Of a stretch of DNA of 64,000 nt, positions 38,526 to 44,982 are shown piece by piece. This DNA comes from an uncultured Treponema sp. (GTDB lineage: Bacteria > Spirochaetota > Spirochaetia > Treponematales > Treponemataceae): positions 3,700 through 67,699 of the forward strand of contig CAKZZO010000063.1 in NCBI GenBank assembly GCA_937885175.1, read 5' to 3'. Each line of letters starts with the position of its first letter. Positions within the stretch are counted from its first letter, which is position 1. The notes under the pieces were generated by a model. That model saw only the letters and a program-made list of their open reading frames with translations. It did not search any database and was not told the origin of the DNA. The position numbers were made by a program, and so were the translations under genes.

Positions 38526-38783
38526 ATGGGGAAGAAAGAAAAACTAATAGCACGGCTCAAAACAAGACCAAAGGATTTTACCTTTGACGAAGCCGAGACA
38601 TTGCTAGGCTATCTCTCATACTCACGGTCAAACAAAGGAAAAACAAGCGGGGCAAGAGTGATTTTCGCCAGTTCCGAAAATCATGCGCCGATATTGCTCC
38701 ATAAGCCGCACCCAAACAACGAACTAAAGGGCTACCAAATAAGCCAACTGCTGCAAACGCTGGAACAGGAGGAACTGATATGA
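38526..38783 (+). CDS. hicA: Type II toxin HicA family
   Basis: 85 aa. KDFTFDEAETLLGYL...GKTSGARVIF...LLHKPHPNNELKGYQISQLLQTL matches the HicA (YcfA-like) pattern. ATGA-type overlap with hicB. Confidence 0.8.
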   Translation: MGKKEKLIARLKTRPKDFTFDEAETLLGYLSYSRSNKGKTSGARVIFASSENHAPILLHKPHPNNELKGYQISQLLQTLEQEELI

Positions 38784-39124
38784 AAAATCTGATGGAATAC
38801 AAAGGCTATGTCGGGAGCGTGGAATTCTCCGCTGCGGATGAACTTTTTTTCGGAAAAGTGCAGGGAATCCGCGCGCTCATTTCATATGAGGGAACGACAG
38901 CCGCAGAACTTGTGAGTGATTTTCACAATGCGGTGGACGATTACCTTGCACTTTGTACGGACGAGGGAAAAGAACCTGAAAAAGCCTACAAAGGATCGTT
39001 CAATGTCCGCATCCCATCAGACCTGCACCGCAAAGCCGCCATTTACACGATTGAGCATGAAATGTCGCTCAACAGTTTCATAGAACGCTCAATCGAAAAA
39101 GAACTTGCCGCAGTCGCATACTGA
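38780..39124 (+). CDS. hicB: Type II antitoxin HicB family
   Basis: 114 aa. YKGYVGSVEFSAADELFFGKV...AVDDYLALC...GSFNVRIPSDLHRKAA (HicB fold plus an RHH-like tail). Confidence 0.85.
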   Translation: MKNLMEYKGYVGSVEFSAADELFFGKVQGIRALISYEGTTAAELVSDFHNAVDDYLALCTDEGKEPEKAYKGSFNVRIPSDLHRKAAIYTIEHEMSLNSFIERSIEKELAAVAY

Positions 39125-39156
39125 TTGCGCAGAATTTGTGCAACGTTGCACACTTT

Positions 39157-39462
39157 TTATGCCCTCAACTGCTCGTTGGCAAGGTGAAGCATGCTTTTTA
39201 CCGCGTCCTGATGCGGGCGGGGAACGGCGGCAACCTCATTGGCAAGGCTTCCGTCAAGCCACGCATCGCCGTAATACAGTTCCTCCACCGTCGTATCAAG
39301 CGCGGCTGCAATTTTCATTGCGTTTTCAAGAGTGGGAAAAACAGGAGTTTTGTTTGATACATAAGTTTGAAATGTTGAGTAGGGGATATTTACAAAACGA
39401 GCAAATTCTTTAATTTCAAAACCATTTTCAGATAATTTTCTGCGCAAATTGTCTTTAAGCAT
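39157..39462 (-). CDS. XRE-family helix-turn-helix transcriptional regulator
   Basis: 101 aa. LRRKLSENGFEIKEFARFVNIPYSTFQTYVSNKTPVFPTLENAMKIAAALDTTVEELY is an HTH_3 pattern. Confidence 0.8.
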   Translation of the reverse strand: MLKDNLRRKLSENGFEIKEFARFVNIPYSTFQTYVSNKTPVFPTLENAMKIAAALDTTVEELYYGDAWLDGSLANEVAAVPRPHQDAVKSMLHLANEQLRA

Positions 39463-39482
39463 TAAAAAACCTCAGAATTTAC

Positions 39483-39511
39483 TTGACAAATCCGAAAATG
39501 AATTTTAGAGT
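39483..39511 (+). promoter_or_regulatory. Sigma70-like promoter TTGACA-N17-TAGAGT, divergent from the XRE gene
   Basis: TTGACA at 39483-88, a 17-nt spacer, and TAGAGT at 39506-11. It points toward the tRNA end of the element, where no gene remains. Confidence 0.35.
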
Positions 39512-39518
39512 GATTTAT

Positions 39519-39540
39519 AAATCCTAGAAAACTAGGATTT
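39519..39540. promoter_or_regulatory. Perfect palindrome AAATCCTAG-N4-CTAGGATTT (candidate XRE operator)
   Basis: 9-bp arms at 39519-27 and 39532-40. Lies 57-78 nt upstream of the xre start and just downstream of the divergent promoter. Confidence 0.4.
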
Positions 39541-39610
39541 AAACTCTGGTACATACATCTTGATTTGTCGGATGGGGTTGTCAGCACTCCCGTGCGGGAG
39601 TGCGACGGAT

Positions 39611-39684
39611 TGACCCATGGGCGAGTCGAACGCCCGACAACATGCTTAGAAGGCATGTGCTCTATCCAGCTGAGCTAAAGGGCC
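39611..39684 (-). tRNA. tRNA-Arg (anticodon TCT)
   Basis: 74-nt cloverleaf on the minus strand: GGCCCTT-TA-GCTC-AGCTGGATA-GAGC-A-CATGC-CTTCTAA-GCATG-TTGTC-GGGCG-TTCGACT-CGCCC-ATGGGTC-A. The D, anticodon and T stems are perfect. The acceptor stem has one G-U and one U-U pair. CCA is not encoded. Confidence 0.85.
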
Positions 39685-39748
39685 AGAAGTACATATATCA
39701 TACCGATTTTTTGAATGTTTTGCAAGCACTTGGCTTTTTCGCCTGTCC

Positions 39749-40822
39749 TCATTTTTGCGCGTATGCAATGTCTTCTGAGTGGTCAGGCGGTTCGGCCAAT
39801 AGGCTTTCGTCTATGGCCAGGTGTTGCCAGAAGTTTACGTCTTCAAAGCCAATCCGCCAGAAAGCGAGATTTCCGATGCCCATGTCTGCAAGCATTTTGC
39901 AGCGTTTGTAGAGCGATGGTATGTCGTCATAATAGCCGGTAACAGTCACTTTATGGCGGTGGGTAAAGTGGGGAATGCCGTCCGCGTCGCGCTGTATGTT
40001 ATCAATGCCGTTTTCTGAGATTATTCGCTGCAGTGAGCCGGAATACCAGGCCTTGCTCCCGATGGAATCCTCGTACCATGTCCGTCCGTAGAATGAAATG
40101 CCTATGATGATTTTTTCTTGCGGAATCTGTGTCAGCGTGTACTCAGTGATTTTCCTTACCCATTCATTTGAGGCGACGGGGCCGGGCTTGCTGGTGCTCC
40201 AGTGTTCGTCGTAGGACATGACCACTACTTTGTCTGCGATTTCCCCTATGGTCTTATAGTTAAAGACATCATCTTTTATGGTTCTAAGACGGGCCTTTAC
40301 GGCAACGGAAAGAATCTTGTTTCCCAAGCCTTTTTTCACTTCCCGCAGAAAAGAATGGAAATTGTCAGCGTCTTTTGCTGGAATGTACTCCCAGTCAATC
40401 TGGAGTCCGTCATAACTTTCTGTGGCCTGAATGAGACCCGAAATGATTTTTTTTCTCAGGGGAAGTGACGGATCAAGCAAAAGATGAGCCTGTGAAGTGC
40501 TGTCGCAGGATGAAACGATATGGACTTTGCCAGAAAAATCTGAAAAATATTTTTCCCTGGGAACGGGCTGGCGAACCTCGCTCAGGGTGGTGATTGGCGC
40601 GATAAAGTAGAGCACATCGCTCAGGGGAATCTGGGTAGAAAACTCGCTTTCCCGACCGTTCATAACATAACCCCATAAGCCGTCAAAAGTGAGTGCATCT
40701 GCCTCGGGGTCATAGGTAAAGTTTCTGTCGGAATATTGTCTGACTTCTACGCTTTTGCAGGACAGTATCATCATAAGAAAAAACAGACCTGACCAAAGCG
40801 GGACTACCAGTTTTTTTAGCAT
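39749..40822 (-). CDS. Glycoside hydrolase family 18 (chitinase-like) lipoprotein
   Basis: 357 aa. Signal peptide with lipobox FLMMILSC; GH18 catalytic motif YDGLQIDWEY. Confidence 0.8.
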   Translation of the reverse strand: MLKKLVVPLWSGLFFLMMILSCKSVEVRQYSDRNFTYDPEADALTFDGLWGYVMNGRESEFSTQIPLSDVLYFIAPITTLSEVRQPVPREKYFSDFSGKVHIVSSCDSTSQAHLLLDPSLPLRKKIISGLIQATESYDGLQIDWEYIPAKDADNFHSFLREVKKGLGNKILSVAVKARLRTIKDDVFNYKTIGEIADKVVVMSYDEHWSTSKPGPVASNEWVRKITEYTLTQIPQEKIIIGISFYGRTWYEDSIGSKAWYSGSLQRIISENGIDNIQRDADGIPHFTHRHKVTVTGYYDDIPSLYKRCKMLADMGIGNLAFWRIGFEDVNFWQHLAIDESLLAEPPDHSEDIAYAQK

Positions 40823-40882
40823 AGTTTTCTATCGGCAGATTTTATAGGCGGGTTGATATGCGAGGCGAGAAAAGATGAGGAC

Positions 40883-40917
40883 AAAAAAAATCGGCAGCCT
40901 AGGCCACCGATTTTTTT
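40883..40917 (-). terminator. Rho-independent terminator after the 40933-41514 gene
   Basis: A8-TCGGCAGCC-TA-GGCCACCGA-T7. On the minus strand the hairpin is followed by a T8 run, 16 nt past the stop codon. Confidence 0.55.
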
Positions 40918-40932
40918 AAGAAATCAGACTAC

Positions 40933-41514
40933 TTATTTCTTTTGGAAGATGATGTAGTCAAGTTTCATACCCGTTTCGCCAGGCTTGTTCGGGCGGTTGG
41001 GGTCGTTCTGCTGAATCTTAACAGTTACAGTTGTTTCAGCATCGAAGTGCAGATTCATCGGAGTGCGAGTTGTCAACTCATAGGTTCCAATCGGCGGATC
41101 TGACGGGAATGTGCGGTATGCAACATCGTCAATGAATACATTGAATGCATCATGGTTTCCGTCCGGTGCATCTTCGTTTACGAGACCAACATAGTCACCT
41201 GCAGGGAATGTAACGATCGCAGTGGCGATTGACTCTTCGCTGACGAGTTTTGCGGCATATCCGCCAGAAGCCTTGGCATCTGCGAAAATCAGGAACTCTT
41301 CATTGTACATATTCTCGACTTCAATCTTGAGTTCTGAGCCTTCGAATGTGTACTTCGGCGGTTCTGAGGGGCTCTCAGGTGCCGGACCAGCAGGAGCTGC
41401 AGAAGCGCCGGCTGATGAAGAATCGGATGCGCCGCTTGTAGATCCACAAGAAGCGAGCATTGCAATAGCTGCAATTGCGGTAACAACAGTAACAACTTTG
41501 TTTACCAATTTCAT
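40933..41514 (-). CDS. Lipoprotein with beta-sandwich (carbohydrate-binding-module-like) C-terminal domain
   Basis: 193 aa. Lipobox AMLASCGS, a Ser/Ala/Pro linker, then a ~130-aa domain. The CBM-like assignment is only an impression from sequence character and the GH18 neighbour. Confidence 0.55.
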   Translation of the reverse strand: MKLVNKVVTVVTAIAAIAMLASCGSTSGASDSSSAGASAAPAGPAPESPSEPPKYTFEGSELKIEVENMYNEEFLIFADAKASGGYAAKLVSEESIATAIVTFPAGDYVGLVNEDAPDGNHDAFNVFIDDVAYRTFPSDPPIGTYELTTRTPMNLHFDAETTVTVKIQQNDPNRPNKPGETGMKLDYIIFQKK

Positions 41515-41613
41515 TTTTCTATCTCCTCCTTAATGAGATTAAGTACATTATACCCTTATAAAATCATCCTGTCCAGTCATAAATTTGAAAATTACCGACA
41601 TTTTACTAAAGAC

Positions 41614-43683
41614 CTACATTTTTCTGCCAAAACCGGGAACAATGGGGGGAATAAACTTCTTCTGCGCGGTCTTCTTTTCAAGGCTGCTGAGCAGATTGCT
41701 GAAAAGTTCGCTCCGTGTATCGTCATCCAGTTCCTGGGAAGGCTCGTGGTACTGCACCAGATTTGAGGGAATTTCATCCAGAAAGCGGCTGGGCTCACAT
41801 TCTACGACAGACTGCATGCGGCGGCGTTGTCGGCAGGCAGAAAGGAGCAGCTTGTCGCGGGCACGGGTTATGGCAACGTAAAAAAGCCTGCGTTCTTCTT
41901 CTACCGCCGCATCTCCGCCTTCGTCAACGGCCCGCATGTGGGGAATGAGGCCTTCTTCGGTTCCTGCAATGAAAACCACGGGAAATTCCAGTCCTTTTGA
42001 CGCATGAATGGTCATCAGGTGTACTTTGCCGCTGTTTTCCTCATCGTCCATGTCATCCCGGCTCAAAAGGGTAATGCGGTTCAGGTAGGAGTAAAGGCTT
42101 GCGTCTTCGGTGTCGGGATTGTTTTCCCACTGTTCCATGGAGTTTATGAGGCTGTCGATGTTCAGGAACTTAAAGCGGGCAGCCTTTTCACTCTTGGGGT
42201 TTTCGGTAATCAGATGGTCAAAGTAGCGGATTTCTTCTACAAGTGCCCGAACCTTTTTGGCAAGTCCCCGTCCGCTCAGCATGGTCTTGTTGTTTTCTAT
42301 CAGCGCGACAAAGGTGCGCAAGTCCTCTCGGGTGCTTTCTGAAAGCTGGCTTTCTTCTTCGCTTGCCTCCAGTAGGGCATTGATTGCCTCCCAGAGAGAC
42401 ACTTCCAGTGCCGATGCGACTTCGTTGAGCCGCTCGATGGTGGCGCGTCCGATACCCCGGCGGGGAGTGTTGATGATTCGCAGCAGGTTTACGTCGTCAT
42501 CATGGTTTGCAATGACGCGCAGGTAACTGATGATGTCCTTGATTTCCTTTCTCTGGAAGAAACTGGTTCCGCCGCTCATTTCATAGGGAATGTTTTCCTG
42601 CAAAAATTCTTCTTCAAGGGGACGGCTCTGGGTGTTTGCCCGCATGAGGACGCAGAAGTCATCGTATTTGCGTTTTTCCTGTACGCAAATGGTACGGATG
42701 CTTTCTACAATGAATTGGGCTTCTGCGGTCTCGTTTTCCGGCATGTAGATTTCGATGGGTTTTCCGCTGCCGTTTCCGCTCCATAGGGTCTTGTCCTTGC
42801 GGTTGGTGTTGTGGCTGATGACGCCGTTCGCGGCCGCCAGAATCGTTTCGGTGGAGCGGTAGTTCTGTTCCAGGCGGATTTCCTTCATGCCGGGAAAATC
42901 TTTTTCAAAATTGATGATGTTCTGGTAGTCTGCTCCCCGCCAGCTGTAGATTGACTGGTCATCGTCTCCAACGACAGCCACATTCTTGTCTGCAAGCAGG
43001 TGCATGAGTTCGTACTGCTGGTGGCTCGTGTCCTGAAATTCGTCCACCATGATGTACTTGTAGCGTTCCCGATAGCGGACCAGTACGTCAGGATTTTCGC
43101 GGAAGATTTTTATGGGAAGCGTTATCAAGTCATCAAAATCCACTGCGTTAAAGAGTTTGAGTCCGTCCTGATAGCCTTCATAGAGGGGCTTGTACATGCT
43201 GTTTTCGGCGTTCCAGTCTTTTCTGCCAGTCTTTATGTCGCTGAAGAGGATGCCGATTTTGTAGGTGTCCATGGCATCGGCTGTGTATTGCAGTTCCCGA
43301 CCGGTTTCTTTTATGAGCGCATTGCGGTCAGTTTCGTCATAAATGGAAAAATTATCGCGAAAGCCGAGCCTGGTGATGTCCTGACGCAGTATTTTTACGC
43401 CAAAGGCATGGAAAGTGGATATGGTGAGGTTCTGAAGCTTTTTCCCCGTGAGTTCCTTGATGCGCGTCTCCATTTCGCGGGCGGCCTTGTTGGTAAAGGT
43501 AAGGGCAAGAATCTGGCTCTGGGGAATGCCTATGTCCAGCATGTGGGCGATACGGAAGGTGATGACCCGTGTCTTTCCGCTTCCTGCTCCTGCGATGATG
43601 AGAATTGCACCGTCTGTGGTCATAACGGCATCGTATTGCTCTGGGTTCAGTTCATTCTTGAGATCGGAAAGGTCAGTTGCCAT
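41614..43683 (-). CDS. pcrA: ATP-dependent DNA helicase, UvrD/PcrA/Rep family
   Basis: Start taken at MATDLSDLKNELNPEQYDAV (ATG 43683). Motif I AGAGSGKT, motif II MVDEFQDTS, NYRST, TIHASKGLEFPVVF, YVAITRAR. Confidence 0.9.
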   Translation of the reverse strand: MATDLSDLKNELNPEQYDAVMTTDGAILIIAGAGSGKTRVITFRIAHMLDIGIPQSQILALTFTNKAAREMETRIKELTGKKLQNLTISTFHAFGVKILRQDITRLGFRDNFSIYDETDRNALIKETGRELQYTADAMDTYKIGILFSDIKTGRKDWNAENSMYKPLYEGYQDGLKLFNAVDFDDLITLPIKIFRENPDVLVRYRERYKYIMVDEFQDTSHQQYELMHLLADKNVAVVGDDDQSIYSWRGADYQNIINFEKDFPGMKEIRLEQNYRSTETILAAANGVISHNTNRKDKTLWSGNGSGKPIEIYMPENETAEAQFIVESIRTICVQEKRKYDDFCVLMRANTQSRPLEEEFLQENIPYEMSGGTSFFQRKEIKDIISYLRVIANHDDDVNLLRIINTPRRGIGRATIERLNEVASALEVSLWEAINALLEASEEESQLSESTREDLRTFVALIENNKTMLSGRGLAKKVRALVEEIRYFDHLITENPKSEKAARFKFLNIDSLINSMEQWENNPDTEDASLYSYLNRITLLSRDDMDDEENSGKVHLMTIHASKGLEFPVVFIAGTEEGLIPHMRAVDEGGDAAVEEERRLFYVAITRARDKLLLSACRQRRRMQSVVECEPSRFLDEIPSNLVQYHEPSQELDDDTRSELFSNLLSSLEKKTAQKKFIPPIVPGFGRKM

Positions 43684-43728
43684 GGGGAGAGTGTAGCGAA
43701 ATTTGCTTTTTTGTGCTACACTGTTTGT

Positions 43729-44982
43729 ATGAAGGAAGCAGTCGTATCTTTTTTTGAAAAACATCATTTTCCCGTAAACAAGGCAGATTATAACATTGTT
43801 GCGTCACTTAGAGGAGACATGCAGGCAAAACTCAGCGGCAAAAAAGCCTGGCAGGACATGAACCGTACCTGGCTCTTGCCGCCTGAAAATCCGCCCAAAA
43901 ACAGGCAGGTGATTGTGATTGACGCAGGAGGAAGCAATTTCCGTTCCTGTCTCGTGACTTTTGATGCAGATGGGCGCCCAAGTATTTCAGATTTTAAGAA
44001 ATGTGTAATGCCTGGCGTTGAAAAAAGGCTTTCCAGGGCAGCATTCTTTGATGCGATTGCAGATAACATTGACTACCTTAAAAATAAGGCTGACTGCATC
44101 GGCTTTTGCTTTTCCTATTCCATGACCATTACCAGAGACGGTGACGGCATTCCCAACTCCTTCAGCAAGGAAATCAAGGCGGACGAAGTGGTGGGTATCC
44201 CGGTGGGGGCAAACGTATGCGCCGTGCTGGAAAAACGCGGCTGGAACAAAATCCGCCATATTGCGCTTTTGAACGACACGGTGGCGGCCCTGCTTGCGGG
44301 TGCTGCGGGAAATGATGACAAGCGCTATTCCTCCTTTATCGGTTTTATTCTGGGAACGGGCATGAACGGCGCATACATTCAGCCGGCATGTGGCGGGGAA
44401 AGCCGGCAGATTGTGGTCTGCGAAAACGGCAAGTTTGGCGACTTTGCCCGTTCGGATTTTGACCTGGCTCTGGACAAGAAAAGTCAGCATCCCGGTGAAT
44501 ACCAACTGGAAAAATGCTGTTCCGGCGGCTATCTGGGACCATTGGGCTGGGAAGTCTTGCAGGCGGTGGCAAAAGAACATCTGGTGAGCAAGGACTGTGC
44601 CGCCGCTTTGTCCCGACTCCATGATTTGTCATTGATTGAGATGGATGGCTTTTTGCATGCGCCTGAAAGCAAGGAAAATGTGATTGCCTGTTGCTGCAGG
44701 GATGAAAATGACCGCGGGCTTTTGGTTGAGATTCTTGACGCACTGGTTGAGCGTTGTGCGGGCTATGGGGCGAGTATTCTTGCGGCCTGTCTGGAGCAGG
44801 GGGAGGAAGGAAAAGATGAGCCTGTCTGCATCCTCTGCAACGGAACGACATTCTATAAAACCTATCGTCTGCGGGAGCGGATTGAATCATACCTTTCCCA
44901 GTATGCGGCGGGCATTCGCTATGAAATCGTAAGCAAGGAAAACGACATTACGATTGGCACGGCAATTGCAGGACTGGTATGA
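43729..44982 (+). CDS. Hexokinase-family sugar kinase
   Basis: 417 aa from ATG 43729. VIVIDAGGSNFRSCLVTF (hexokinase phosphate-1 motif) and LNDTVAALLAGA. The upstream 243 codons of the track ORF are antisense to pcrA and are rejected. Confidence 0.8.
   Translation: MKEAVVSFFEKHHFPVNKADYNIVASLRGDMQAKLSGKKAWQDMNRTWLLPPENPPKNRQVIVIDAGGSNFRSCLVTFDADGRPSISDFKKCVMPGVEKRLSRAAFFDAIADNIDYLKNKADCIGFCFSYSMTITRDGDGIPNSFSKEIKADEVVGIPVGANVCAVLEKRGWNKIRHIALLNDTVAALLAGAAGNDDKRYSSFIGFILGTGMNGAYIQPACGGESRQIVVCENGKFGDFARSDFDLALDKKSQHPGEYQLEKCCSGGYLGPLGWEVLQAVAKEHLVSKDCAAALSRLHDLSLIEMDGFLHAPESKENVIACCCRDENDRGLLVEILDALVERCAGYGASILAACLEQGEEGKDEPVCILCNGTTFYKTYRLRERIESYLSQYAAGIRYEIVSKENDITIGTAIAGLV

Larger units (their letters stand above)
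37724..39627. mobile_element. Remnant of an integrative element inserted at the 3' end of tRNA-Arg
   Basis: Bounded by identical 17-bp direct repeats TGACCCATGGGCGAGTC (37724-37740 and 39611-39627; the latter is the tRNA 3' end). The interior carries only mobile-element-type genes (topB fragment, hicAB, XRE). No integrase is present. Confidence 0.6.

Noticed and set aside
39105-39413. Plus-strand ORFs (102 and 73 aa) overlapping the XRE gene
   Set aside because: They are antisense to a clear HTH_3 protein and have no motifs.
37624-39610. Search for an integrase, excisionase or transposase belonging to the tRNA-Arg element
   Set aside because: No ORF in any frame shows tyrosine or serine recombinase or DDE motifs. 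The element is therefore called a remnant, not an active mobile element.
39600-39942. ORFs of 75-103 aa running across the tRNA-Arg gene and into the GH18 gene 3' end
   Set aside because: They overlap a well-folded tRNA and the end of a supported gene, so they are considered spurious.
43000-43728. N-terminal 243 codons of the 660-aa plus-strand ORF 43000-44982
   Set aside because: This part is antisense to the pcrA helicase and has no motifs. Hexokinase similarity begins only at MKEAVV (ATG 43729), so the gene was shortened.
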